Origin: an uncultured Acidobacteriota bacterium
Lineage (GTDB): Bacteria; Acidobacteriota; UBA6911; RPQK01; JAPXNP01
Direction: 5' to 3'
DNA: 64,000 nucleotides
Assembly: GCA_963777605.1 (NCBI GenBank)
Contig: CAVZRV010000011.1
Span: 1 to 64,000, forward strand
Shown piece by piece: positions 20,211 to 31,054 of this stretch. A program made the position numbers and the translations under genes. The notes beneath the pieces are model-generated. The model worked only from the letters and a program-made list of their open reading frames with translations, made no database searches and was not told where the DNA came from. Position 1 is the first letter of the stretch, and every line of letters starts with the position of its first letter.

Positions 20211-22466
20211 TCACTCTTCGGGCTCTTGATCCAATACGATTGAATCGATGGAAACCTGATTCATTTCGGCATAGCTTTTCAAGAGATCACTCAAACGGGC
20301 CATCCAGTCTTCCAGTCCAATACTCTCTTCGGGTGCGACAAGGTAGCTCAGATCGGCTCTCCGGTCTGCAAAGTGGTCCTTGGTGTCGTCGAGAACGTGG
20401 ACAAAGGTTCGTCCATCCACCTCACGCCCTTTCCGATACTGGCTCTTCTCCCAGGTCTGCTGCAGATCGGCGAAGACCTCGGTTCGACCCCGGACGATCG
20501 AGTTGGCGATTCGATAGGCGCGAACGAGGTCTTCGACGGCCTGCCCGGGCCGGTTCGATTCCGCCGCTCTCCTCGCCTGGGCGAGCCGGTCTTCAATGGC
20601 AGACATCGAGACGATCATCTGGTCGTGATGCTGCATCAGCCGGGCCAGCGAGAGGAAGACTTCCAGATTGTACCGGTTCCTTTCAACTCGGGGCATGGTC
20701 CAGTAGATCCTCTGGATCAGTGGCTGGGCCTCAACCGCCAGGCCGCCGGCTTCGTTAACCAGGTCACCGTATCGGCCGGCGTAGACCGGGGTAAAGTCAA
20801 GCCCCGGCAGTTGGGGCAGAGCCGGCTGCGGAAGGGTATCGTCACGGCGAATCACTCCGACGCCGGGGCCATAGGAATTGCCGTAGCCCGAGTCGCGCAC
20901 TCTCGAAACCACTCGATCCCATGAACCTTTGTAGAACTGAGCCTGCTTTTGAAGGCCCTGATAGATCTCAACAATCTCGCCGGTGGAGCCGCCGTAGAAA
21001 GCGTTGGCGAAATCTTCAACGTGCTGCTCCACGGACGGAGTTCCCGGGGTCCAGCCATATTGGGCCACCGTTGCCCACCCCAGCCAGAACGCCTCGTTGT
21101 GCAGCCCACTGTCTCCCCAGGCGGCACCGAAGACCCCGATTGGGTCACCCTGCCGGGGATCGACTGAGAGAGCCTTGAAGGTGGACCAGAGGCGTCCCTG
21201 CATGGATCGAAAGTCTCCGCCGCCGGCACTCCAGTAGTTGGGGAACAGGTACTCGGAGCCCTGCATGGAGGTGTAAACCAGCTGCCGGAGACCGATCCGT
21301 TTCTCCTCTTGAATAAAGGAGGTGTCGCTTCCCAACACCCCGTCGATCATGTCCGGCGGCAACTTCGCGATGTCTTTCGCGAGCACCGGGTACTCGACCC
21401 AGGAGATCATTCGCCGGCCCCGTGCATGCAGGAAATCCCGGGCTCTCCGGACGAACTCGACCCATTTCAGGCTGCGGTTCTCGGCATTATAGGGCTCCGA
21501 ACACTTGGCACAGATTCCGGCATAGTAGACTTCATCGGTCGACGCCAGGAAGTAATCGACTCCCTTGGTGGCGTTGATCACGTCCTGATACATGGAGAAG
21601 ATGAGGTCATAGGTCTCCTCATCGCACAGGCAGCTCTGATAGTTGTTGCCGTCGGCTTTCAAGTGGGCAAACTGGGGATGCTTCAGGACATAGGCCATGT
21701 GGGCCGGGGCCTGGATGTCGGGGACGATCTGGATAAAGCGTTCGAGGCCGTAATCGACCAGTTCCTGCAGTTGGGTGGTGGTGAAGGCTCCGGGAGCACC
21801 GATGACCGGATTGGAGGGGTATTCAAACTTGTCCTCCAGTTCATACGCGATCATGTTCACTTTGAAACGGGCCGCCCAATCCACATACCGCTTCAGAGTC
21901 TCCATCCGGTCCTGGTGGTGCTTGGTGTCGAAATGAATGAAGCGCAGCATGAAACTGGGCCAGTCCTCAATGGTCGCAACCGGTAGCTGGAGCCGTCCGG
22001 CCGTGTTCTCCCGGGCGAGTTGCAGCAGAGTCTGAATCCCATAAAAGAGCCCCGCGTCCCCGTTGCCAACCACCTCGATTTGGCTGGGCGAGATGCTCAG
22101 GCGGTATGCCTGGGGGACAATGCCCGGGTCTCGAGGCGCGCCCACCTTCACAGTCCCTTCCCTTACGGCCAGTCGAATCACACGATTCGCTGACGATCCC
22201 TGGTGAATATCCGAAAGGTGAAGGCTCTCCAGGCCCTGAACCAGGCTCCTGGCTGCAATGTGATCGGCTTTGAGTCCATCGGCGACCCAGGTCCAGGAAC
22301 CGTCGATCACGATATCCTGTTCAGAGAGTTCAACGTTTCGCGGGGTCGGAACGACCGAATAGCCCCGCAGAAACAGCTCAGTCGGCGCCCCCAGCCCTTG
22401 CAGTGCCGTAAAGACGAACAGGAAAACGAATATTGCCGTAATCAGCCCATCCCTCTTAACTGTCAC
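20211..22466 (-). CDS. GH20-like (beta-N-acetylhexosaminidase-type) glycoside hydrolase
   Basis: Signal peptide; GH20b domain (QAYRLSI..GLFYGIQTLLQL..IEDWP); catalytic ASTDEVYY pair. Confidence 0.8.
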   Translation of the reverse strand: MTVKRDGLITAIFVFLFVFTALQGLGAPTELFLRGYSVVPTPRNVELSEQDIVIDGSWTWVADGLKADHIAARSLVQGLESLHLSDIHQGSSANRVIRLAVREGTVKVGAPRDPGIVPQAYRLSISPSQIEVVGNGDAGLFYGIQTLLQLARENTAGRLQLPVATIEDWPSFMLRFIHFDTKHHQDRMETLKRYVDWAARFKVNMIAYELEDKFEYPSNPVIGAPGAFTTTQLQELVDYGLERFIQIVPDIQAPAHMAYVLKHPQFAHLKADGNNYQSCLCDEETYDLIFSMYQDVINATKGVDYFLASTDEVYYAGICAKCSEPYNAENRSLKWVEFVRRARDFLHARGRRMISWVEYPVLAKDIAKLPPDMIDGVLGSDTSFIQEEKRIGLRQLVYTSMQGSEYLFPNYWSAGGGDFRSMQGRLWSTFKALSVDPRQGDPIGVFGAAWGDSGLHNEAFWLGWATVAQYGWTPGTPSVEQHVEDFANAFYGGSTGEIVEIYQGLQKQAQFYKGSWDRVVSRVRDSGYGNSYGPGVGVIRRDDTLPQPALPQLPGLDFTPVYAGRYGDLVNEAGGLAVEAQPLIQRIYWTMPRVERNRYNLEVFLSLARLMQHHDQMIVSMSAIEDRLAQARRAAESNRPGQAVEDLVRAYRIANSIVRGRTEVFADLQQTWEKSQYRKGREVDGRTFVHVLDDTKDHFADRRADLSYLVAPEESIGLEDWMARLSDLLKSYAEMNQVSIDSIVLDQEPEE

Positions 22467-22606
22467 TCATTCCTCCTCGTGAATTGCGGAACATCGTGAT
22501 ACCTGCGGACACCGCACGCTCCGTATATTCATAGCCTCGTTGGCCGCCAACAAGATTCCCGCTTGCGTTGTCGTGATCGATGGCTCAAAGTCTTCCATGA
22601 GCAGTA

Positions 22607-24493
22607 TTGTTGAATCCTAGCATTCGGATGACGGGACTGATTGAGAACCTGGAGCATCGCACTACTTCAGAACTGGGAATGGACTACCCGGACTATACAT
22701 CCTATGGAGCTCCCCAATTCAATACTTCGGGGCGATTCAATCTCTCGTCGCAGTCCCAGTTCGAGAATCATTCAGAAGCCTGGAACTTCCACGAATCGAT
22801 GTCGTGGACGAAGGGAGAACACAGCTTCAAATTTGGTGCGGAATTCTTCAGGCTGGCGTTCCTGCAGGCATGGCTGAGCCCTCCCTCGTTCAGCTTCAAT
22901 GGGGCCCGATCGGGTGACGCAATGGCCGACTTCCTGCTCGGTTCCTGGAGATCGAACAGCCTCGGATACGGACGCCGGCTGAACGATACCCTTCAGCCCT
23001 GGTACTGGAGTTTCTACTTCCAGGATGAATGGCGCATAACACCCCGTCTGACTGTGACGCTGGGACTTCGTTATGAACTCCCCTCGCCCTGGAATGACCG
23101 GCGCGAAACTGCGTTGAGTACGGTCGTCCTGCCGGCTGGGTGCCTCGAAGACCTCAATAATCCCGGCAATCCGAAAGACCTGACGGCCTGTGGCGCTCAG
23201 ACCACGACATCGGGCCTCGACGCTCCTCCCGGATATCTCTTCGCCAACTCTGACCTTCCAAGAGGTCTGGTTAAGGCAGACCGCAACAACTTCGCGCCTC
23301 GACTTGGTTTCGCATGGGATACCAGAGGAGATGGGAAGACCAGCGTTCGTGGGGGTTTTGGTGTGTTCTACGATACCGCCAATGCCGACACCCTGTCACA
23401 GGTCAACCCTCCCTTTGCGAATACCGTAAACTTCTCCAACGGGCAACTCGGAGCACCTAACGTCGGCATTCCCGACGTTCTCCCTCCCGTCAATCCAGGA
23501 CCTGAGAGCGGCGGGTTCTATACCCCGCTGAATCCGCTGAACACGGACCTCACGTTGCGCAATACCTACTTCTTCCACTGGAACCTGGGCGTTCAGCGCC
23601 AGGTTGCGCAGGATCTGCTGGTTTCAGTCGATTATGTGGGCAAGATCGGAAGAAAGGGCCTGGCCTTTTACCCCTGGAATCCGGCGGTCTATATGCCGGG
23701 TCAGTCGAGCCTGGAGAATGCCAACGATCGTGTTCTCTACGGCAGGGGAGTATACGGCGCTTACTATAACCTGATGCTGGCAAGTATGTTCGACACCTGG
23801 TACCACGGTATGGATGTCGAGGTCAACAAACGGCTCACCGACGGATTCTCGTTGCTGACTTCCCTTACGTGGTCGAAGGCCATCGATCAGAACTCGACCG
23901 ACAACCTCGGTGGCGATTCACCCGACCCCTTCCATGTTAAGGAATCCGAACAAGGCCTGGCCGAGCAGGACCACCGCTTGAGCATGGCGACGTCGGTTCT
24001 CTGGCAGCCTTTTTCCGGAAGTGACAATCGATTGCTCTCCGGTTGGACGCTGACCCCGATCTTCAGAGCGACGACAGGCGGCCCGCTGGAGTTTTTCGCC
24101 GGCGATGACATTGCCCTGGACGGTGTCGGCTACGGACAGCATCCGATCGCCCTGCAGAATCCGGATTTAAGCCATAGCACCAATATCTCGAAAGTGACCG
24201 AATACTTCTCTACCAGCGCGTTTGAGTTGGCCCCCGAAGGAAGTTACGGCAATGCGGCCAAGGGGCTGACGTCCGGGCCGGGCTACATCAACTTCGACCT
24301 GGGGATATTGAGGGACTTCCACGTTCCGATCACAGAGGAAAGTCGATTCGAGTTCAGAGCGGAGTTCTTTAACCTTTTCAACAATACGAACTTCAGCAAC
24401 CCGGCCACGACTTTTCTCTCGTCTCAATTCGGTCGGATCCGGAGTTCAGGAAGTGCCCGCGAAATCCAGTTTGGGTTGAAGTTTCTTTGGTGA
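22607..24493 (+). pseudogene. C-terminal ~630 aa of an Oar-like TonB-dependent receptor (N-terminus missing)
   Basis: YFQDEWRITPRLTVTLGLRYE, DRNNFAPRLGFAWD, EFRAEFFNLFN, REIQFGLKFLW; no signal peptide or plug domain. Confidence 0.8.
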
Positions 24494-24533
24494 AGGTTCG
24501 TTGTCTCCGATTTCAGATCTGGATTGATCACAA

Positions 24534-25400
24534 ATGAAGCAACCGTTCCGTTTGAGGCGAAACCTGAGTTCCCGGCGCCATTTTTTGAAAACGTCGGCTT
24601 CTGTTTGCGGCGCGCTCAGCCTGAACAGCAGAAGCCGACTGGCGATCGGCGAGGCGAAGGGAGCCGAACCGATCAGTCCGACCGCCGTTGTCAAGCTCTT
24701 TAACGGCAAGGATCTGAGCGGTTTTTACGGGTGGCTCGAGGATACTCAATATGAAGATCCCCTGAAGGTCTTCGGAGTGAGGAACGGTGCAATTCGCATC
24801 TCCGGCGCGGTAAACGGTTACCTGGCGACGGAAAAGGAGTATCGCGACTATCACCTCGTCGTCGAATACAAATGGGGAGAAGAAACGCGCAACGCCAAGA
24901 CCGTCAGAAACTCGGGCATCCTGCTGCACGCTGTCGGACCGGATGGTAATCACAAGCCTTGGATGGCCTCGATCGAATGCCAGATTGCTCAGGGATGCGT
25001 CGGCGACTTCATCGTGATCCGTGGCGAGGACGCCGCTGGTGAGACCATCCCCGTAACTCTTACGAGTGACACCATCCTCGAGCGTGACGGCCGCACTCGC
25101 TGGCGCCGGAACGGCACACCCGTGGTCTATTCGGGGAAACAATTCTGGTGGTCGCAGCATGACCCTGATTTTGAAGAACTGATCGACACTCGTGGCAGGA
25201 ATGACGTGGAAAGCCCTTTGGGTGAATGGACGAGAGTCGAATGTGTCTGTGACGGAGATCGGATCACCAATATTGTAAACGGGAAAACGGTCAACGAGTG
25301 CTACCGGGTCTATCCAACGGCGGGCAAGATCCTGCTGGAGTCAGAGGGCTTTGAAATCCTGTTCCGCAAATTCGAGTTGCATCCCTTGCGGAAATCTTAG
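24534..25400 (+). CDS. DUF1080 (3-keto-disaccharide hydrolase-like) protein, Tat signal
   Basis: SRRHFLK; LFNGKDLSG, GYLATEKEY, NSGILLH, GEWTRVE, GKILLESEG. Confidence 0.88.
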   Translation: MKQPFRLRRNLSSRRHFLKTSASVCGALSLNSRSRLAIGEAKGAEPISPTAVVKLFNGKDLSGFYGWLEDTQYEDPLKVFGVRNGAIRISGAVNGYLATEKEYRDYHLVVEYKWGEETRNAKTVRNSGILLHAVGPDGNHKPWMASIECQIAQGCVGDFIVIRGEDAAGETIPVTLTSDTILERDGRTRWRRNGTPVVYSGKQFWWSQHDPDFEELIDTRGRNDVESPLGEWTRVECVCDGDRITNIVNGKTVNECYRVYPTAGKILLESEGFEILFRKFELHPLRKS

Positions 25401-25461
25401 CCTGGTTGCCTTTCTCCAGATACACTGGCCAAATTTTCAGATAACCGAGGGAGATTTCGAG

Positions 25462-26775
25462 ATGAGCAACTCCAGCAGGCGGAATTCCATTCTAAAGGCA
25501 ACGTCGCGCAGGCATTTTCTTCAGAGCGCTACGGCAGTGACGGTTGCGGCTTCTCTGAGTTCAGGCGAGAGTATTGGGCGCAGCGCCCAAGTCACCGGCA
25601 GCGACCTGATCCGGGTTGGGTTGATCGGCTGCGGAGGCCGTGGAACCGGAGCGGCTGGTCAGGCCCTGGCAGCCGATCCCAATGTGAAGCTCTGGTCCAT
25701 GGGCGACGCGTTCAGAAATCGATTGGAAACCAGTCTGACGAGCCTGAAACAAGACTCCGAAGTCGGGAGCAAGGTGGATGTCCCTCAGGAACGTCAGTTC
25801 GTCGGGTTCGATGCCTATCAGCAGGTGATTGACAGCGGCGTCGACGTCGTCCTTCTGACGGCACCGCCCCACTTTCGCCCTAGCCATCTCAGCGCGGCGG
25901 TCGACGCAGGGAAACATGTGTTTGCCGAAAAGCCCGTTGCCGTGGATGCCCCCGGGGTCAGGTCGGTTCTGGCAACCTGCGAAATTGCACGTAAGAAGGG
26001 GCTGTCCATCGTTTCGGGACTCTGCCTGCGCTATGACCAGGGGTTCCAGGAAACCGTCCAGCGGATCCATGATGGTGCACTGGGTGAGATTCGTGTCCTC
26101 CAGGCGGATGACTTCCGCGGCGGCATCTGGTTGAAGCCACGGCAACCCGGTTGGAGCGACATGGAGTGGCAAATGCGCAACTGGTATTACTTCACCTGGC
26201 TCTCGGGAGACTTCAACGTTGAACAGCATGTTCATTACCTCGATGTCTGCGCCTGGCTCATGAAGAACGAGTATCCGGTAAAAGCAATGGGAACCGGGGG
26301 CCGTCAGGTTCGGACCGGGCCGGAGTATGGCAACATTTATGATCATCATTCCGTCATTTACGAGTATGCGAACGGAGTTAAGCTTTTCAGCACCTGCCGC
26401 CAACAGCGCGACTGCAAGAACGACATGACCTGCTATGCGTTCGGCGAGAAAGGGACGGCTGAAGTAGCGGAACGTCGTCTCGCCATATCTGGCGACACGG
26501 AATGGAGTTATGGAACCCGCGCCGATAATATGTACCAGACCGAACACGACAAACTGTTTGCGAGCATCCGGAGCGGGCGTCCCATCAACAACGGTGAGTA
26601 CATGGCCAAGAGTAGTCTACTGGCGATCATGGGACGGTTTGCGACCTACACCGGTCAAGAGATCACCTGGGAACAGGCGTTCAACTCACAAGAGGACTTG
26701 ACTCCGCCCCACTACGAGTGGCGCGATCTCGCCACGCCCGCCATAGCCAAACCAGGCGTTACGCGGATGACCTAG
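25462..26775 (+). CDS. Gfo/Idh/MocA family oxidoreductase, Tat signal
   Basis: SRRHFLQ; GLIGCGGRGTGA; AGKHVFAEKPVA; VEQHVHYLD. Confidence 0.92.
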   Translation: MSNSSRRNSILKATSRRHFLQSATAVTVAASLSSGESIGRSAQVTGSDLIRVGLIGCGGRGTGAAGQALAADPNVKLWSMGDAFRNRLETSLTSLKQDSEVGSKVDVPQERQFVGFDAYQQVIDSGVDVVLLTAPPHFRPSHLSAAVDAGKHVFAEKPVAVDAPGVRSVLATCEIARKKGLSIVSGLCLRYDQGFQETVQRIHDGALGEIRVLQADDFRGGIWLKPRQPGWSDMEWQMRNWYYFTWLSGDFNVEQHVHYLDVCAWLMKNEYPVKAMGTGGRQVRTGPEYGNIYDHHSVIYEYANGVKLFSTCRQQRDCKNDMTCYAFGEKGTAEVAERRLAISGDTEWSYGTRADNMYQTEHDKLFASIRSGRPINNGEYMAKSSLLAIMGRFATYTGQEITWEQAFNSQEDLTPPHYEWRDLATPAIAKPGVTRMT

Positions 26776-26787
26776 CAGAGGGAATTG

Positions 26788-27732
26788 ATGACATTTAATC
26801 TAAATCGCCGGGAGTTGCTTCGAACCGGAACGATGGCACTTCCATTCCTGGCCAGGCAGGGTAAAGGCCTCGCAGCTCCGGGTTTGGAGGGGACAACACC
26901 AGGGAAGACAGAGTTCCAGATCGCCTGCATGACTCTTCCGTACGCCGGCTTCCCGCTGCAACGTGCACTGACCGGCCTGAAAGCAGCCGGCTACGAGCAT
27001 GTTGCGTGGGGGACCCGTCACCAAGAAGCCGACGGGAGGACGGTCCCCGTTCTGGATGCAGACGCCCCACCCCGAGAAGCCCGGGAACTGGCCCAACGCT
27101 GCCGTGATCTGGGCCTGGAACCGTTAATGATGTTTTCCATGGTTTACCCCGAGGCCGAGAACGGGCTGGAAGTACTCAAGAAACGGATCCTTCAGGCGGC
27201 GGCAGCAACGGTGCCGCAGGTACTGACTTTTGGGCATACCGAAGGAGGAGACCGGAATCTCTGGGTCCAACGGTTCAAGGTCCTCGGTCCCATCGCTCGC
27301 GACAACGGCGTGCTTCTGGTGGTCAAACAACACGGCGGCAGCACGGGAACCGGAGAAGCCTGCGCGGAAATCATCCGTGAAGTTGCCGACGAAGGCGTGA
27401 AAGTCAACTACGACGCCGGCAATGTCATGGACTACCTGGACGTGGATCCGATCCCCGATATCCGGAAATGTGCGGACGTTGTCCGGAGCTTCTGCATAAA
27501 GGACCATCGGAACTTTCCTTTAGATCAGGACTGCGGCCCCGGGTTGGGTGAGATCGACCATTACAAACTGCTGCAGCCAGTTGCCTTTACGGGGTTGAAG
27601 ATGCCGCTTTGTTGCGAGAACATCTTCGCCCCGGTGATTCCGCGTCCGGAGGATCCGGCCGGTGTCGATGCCTTGGCTCGCCGCGCCAGGGAATTCCTGG
27701 AAATCGTCATTCAGGGCCTGCAAAGCGCCTGA
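26788..27732 (+). CDS. Sugar phosphate isomerase/epimerase (TIM barrel) family, Tat signal
   Basis: RRELL; VKQHGG, VNYDAGN, CIKDH, GLGEIDH motifs. Confidence 0.8.
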   Translation: MTFNLNRRELLRTGTMALPFLARQGKGLAAPGLEGTTPGKTEFQIACMTLPYAGFPLQRALTGLKAAGYEHVAWGTRHQEADGRTVPVLDADAPPREARELAQRCRDLGLEPLMMFSMVYPEAENGLEVLKKRILQAAAATVPQVLTFGHTEGGDRNLWVQRFKVLGPIARDNGVLLVVKQHGGSTGTGEACAEIIREVADEGVKVNYDAGNVMDYLDVDPIPDIRKCADVVRSFCIKDHRNFPLDQDCGPGLGEIDHYKLLQPVAFTGLKMPLCCENIFAPVIPRPEDPAGVDALARRAREFLEIVIQGLQSA

Positions 27733-27762
27733 ATCAGGCGCGTCAAGAATCAGGAAGATCAG

Positions 27763-30013
27763 CTACTGACTGAGCGGTGGACTTTCGAGATTGCGTCCGG
27801 CGGCGAATACCCGGATATATTTTGTCAGTTGGCGATTCCACTCCTCCAAGCCGATATTCTCAAGGGGTTCCAGCATATAATCCAGGCCCGCACGCCGGTC
27901 GGCAGGGTGGTCCTTGAGGTCGTCCAGAACGTGGACGAACTCCCTTCCTCCCAGGCTGCGCCCTTTTGGGTACCGACTCTTTTCAAACACGTCGACGACG
28001 CCCTTCCACATCTCGTCCCGGTCCCTCAAGATTCTGCTGACGGTCTCATGGCTTTGAGCCAAAAGGGACAAGGCATCGCGACTGCGCGCTTCCGAAACTG
28101 CCTGTGAAGCCTTCAGCAGGAGGCCCTCGACGTCTTGAAGCGACAACAACATATCGGTGAAATTCTTCTCGAAATACGCGAGGGCAAGCAGAACTTGCAG
28201 GTTATATCGATTTCTCTCCACTTGCCCCAGTTTCCCCTGCAGGCTCAGAATGGCCCGTCTCAAATCCCTCCTGACCAGGGGAGCCTGCTCCAGGATTTGT
28301 GCGTAGCGGCGGCTGTACGACCGGTCCGCAATCAGCGTCTCATCGTAGCTGAACGGCAGTGCCGGCGGGGTTAAGGTCAGGTCGATTCGAGTGGTATCGC
28401 GTCCTTTCCCGGCCCAGCTTCCATAGGTCGGCTTCAGGCGCGTGGCAGGGACACGGTCCCAGCTCGACTCGTAAAATCTCGCTGCTTCCATGATGATCCG
28501 GTAGATTTGGACCAGGTCCTGATTGCCGGGACCGTAAAAGACGTCCATGAAGTCAGCGACACTTTGTTCGATTCTGGGCCACCCGGGTGTCCACCCATAC
28601 TGGGTCACTGTCGCCCATCCCAGCCAGAAGGTCTCGTTGTGCAAACCGGAGTCATCCCAGGCGGCGGCGTAAGTGCCGATGAGTGCCGCGCCTCGGTCGA
28701 TCATTTCCTGGACCGTCCGGGCAGGTTCATCAAGGCGGCCCTCACCCGGAACCCCTTGGTAGGGAATGTCGGTCGGGAAGTAGCCGGGGAACAGCAATTC
28801 TCCCCCTTGCTGGGAGCTGTAGACCAGGGACGGGATGTCGTTTGCCTTGAGCGAAGCGAGCCACTGCCTCAGCCTTGCCCGGAGTGATCACGCCGTTGAT
28901 GAGTCCGCGTGGCAGCCGCCCGATATCCTCGACTCGAAGCGGGTATTCGACCCAGCTCAGCATTCGCCGCCCACGTGCTTGCAGCCAGTCATGCATCCTG
29001 TTGACGAAATCCACCCAGGCGAGGCTGCGGTTTTCATCATTGAAGGGGCGCTGCTCCTGGCATTCTGAGCAGATGCCGGCATAGTAGACCTCATCGGTAG
29101 AAGCGTGGAAATACTCCACCCCCGGAGTCGCGTCGATCAGGTCCTGGTAGAGGTCTTGAATCAGCTCCAGTGCCTCCTCGTTACACATGCAGATCTGGTA
29201 GTTGCTCTGATCGGCCCGCAGGTGGGCGAACTCGTCGTGTTTCAGGACATAAGCCATGTGAGCCGGCGCCTGAATTTGTGGCACAAGTTGGATGTAGCGC
29301 TCCAGGGCATAGGCGGTTAGCTCCTGTATCTGCGCCTTGGTGAACGCACCGGGTGCCCCGATTACCGGATGCCTTGGGTACTCGTACTTGTCCTCAATTT
29401 CGAACCCTATGGCATTGGCTTTGAAAAATGCAGCCCAGTCAATGAATCGCTTGAGGGTCTCCAACCGGTCCTGGTGATGCTTGGTGTCCCAATGAATGAA
29501 TCGCAAGGGAAGCGCCGGCCAGTCGACGATCACTCCGGAAGGCAGGACCCAGCTCTCACCATTTTCGCGGCGTAGAAGCTGGAGCAGACTTTGAACCCCG
29601 TAGAACAATCCAGGTTCGCCGTTACCGATCACCTCTACCCGACCCGGCGCCAGGCTCAGGCGATAGGCCTGGTCACTAACAGAGTCCGGTGCCTGGCTGA
29701 CAGTGCCAGGCTGGATTAAGAGAGCAATCGTGCCTCCTTTTCCAGTGCCCTCGAACTCCAGTCCGTGCAACTCTCGTATCCCAGCCACCAGTCGATTGAG
29801 AGAAGCCTCCCCCCCGCCGACCACCTGGTTCTCGATCTTCCAGGACCGGTCCAGCCTGACCGTTTCTCCCTGAAGAGCCGTTTGTTGAGGAGCAGGAATC
29901 AGGCTATACCCCAGCGATCTTAGTTCGGTGGTGAAACCTCCAGGCGCTGCAGACAAACTCGAAGCGAGTGTGAAGCCCACGATGGTGGCAAGGAGAATCA
30001 CTTTCGTCTTCAT
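27763..30013 (-). CDS. Second GH20-like glycoside hydrolase (frameshift near 28865)
   Basis: Paralogue of 20211-22466 (HWDTKHHQDR, HASTDEVYYAG, AAWDDSGLHNETFWLGW); split over two ORFs. Confidence 0.8.
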
Positions 30014-30296
30014 CGGTCCCCTTTCATTTCGAACACGTGCATGGCCAGATCTTTCCTCAGCAGGAGGCGTGTTCCTCCTGCAACTCTCTCTCACTCCGCC
30101 ACTGTTCGACATTCGCAACCGGTCTACCAAGTCCGAATGGAGGCTTCCGCAGACCTGTTCCAGGCGGCCGGAGCCCTCGATCCGGATTCCACGGATTAGG
30201 ATAATCCCGGTCGATTCAAGAGTCATCGGCCCGGCCAGGAAAAATCTCCGCTCGAGACCGTGGATTCTTCTGGTAAAAGGGAGTGAGGAGAGTGGA

Positions 30297-30968
30297 ATGG
30301 ACACGAACAGCTTCTACATGAGTCACATGCTTATCGAAGCTCCGAGGGCAAGCAGAGACTTCGATCCTGATGGCGATCTCAGGAAAGAGCCTTGGAGCAA
30401 GCTACCGAGAACGACCTTCGAGACGTCGTATTCTCCGGAGAAGCACTATCCTGAAGCGTGCACCCAGGTCGCAGCCTGCTGGAGCCCCTCATGGGTCTAC
30501 ATTGCGTTCTGGTCTCGCTATACAGCACTGAACATTTACCAGGACGGTCACCTTTCGAGCAAGAAGTGGGCACTCTGGATGCGGGACGTGGTCGAAGTAT
30601 TTATCAACCCCTTTCCTGAACGAAAGCACCGGTATTTTGAGTTCGAGGTTTCCCCGAATAATCAGTGGATTGATTTGGCCATTGACCTGGATCAGACACC
30701 CATTCAAGATGCCGTATGGAGTTCAGGATTTCGGCACAGGACGCGCATTGACGAGGAATCGCTGTTGTGGGTTTGTGAAATGGGCATCCCGGTTTCGGCT
30801 TTGGGGGTGGAAGAGGTCCGGGAAGGAATGAAATGGCGGGTTAATTTCTATCGTTGTGACGGACCGGGAGACGATACCGAGCGGAGATTTCTTGCCTGGA
30901 GTCCGACTCTCGAGAAGAACTTCCACGTGCCGGCGCGATTTGGAGAGATTGTCTTCACGAGGGAATGA
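30297..30968 (+). CDS. Carbohydrate-binding family 9-like protein
   Basis: LWMRDVVEVFI, YFEFEVSP, WRVNFYRCD, AWSPT..NFHVPARFG. Confidence 0.8.
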   Translation: MDTNSFYMSHMLIEAPRASRDFDPDGDLRKEPWSKLPRTTFETSYSPEKHYPEACTQVAACWSPSWVYIAFWSRYTALNIYQDGHLSSKKWALWMRDVVEVFINPFPERKHRYFEFEVSPNNQWIDLAIDLDQTPIQDAVWSSGFRHRTRIDEESLLWVCEMGIPVSALGVEEVREGMKWRVNFYRCDGPGDDTERRFLAWSPTLEKNFHVPARFGEIVFTRE

Positions 30969-31054
30969 CCGAAAGGCTGCCAAGATCGGTTTCCAGGCAA
31001 CGGACCGGCGGCGAGAAGTTAGAGAAGGGCGCCCCCCAGGTCCGAGGAGGATGA

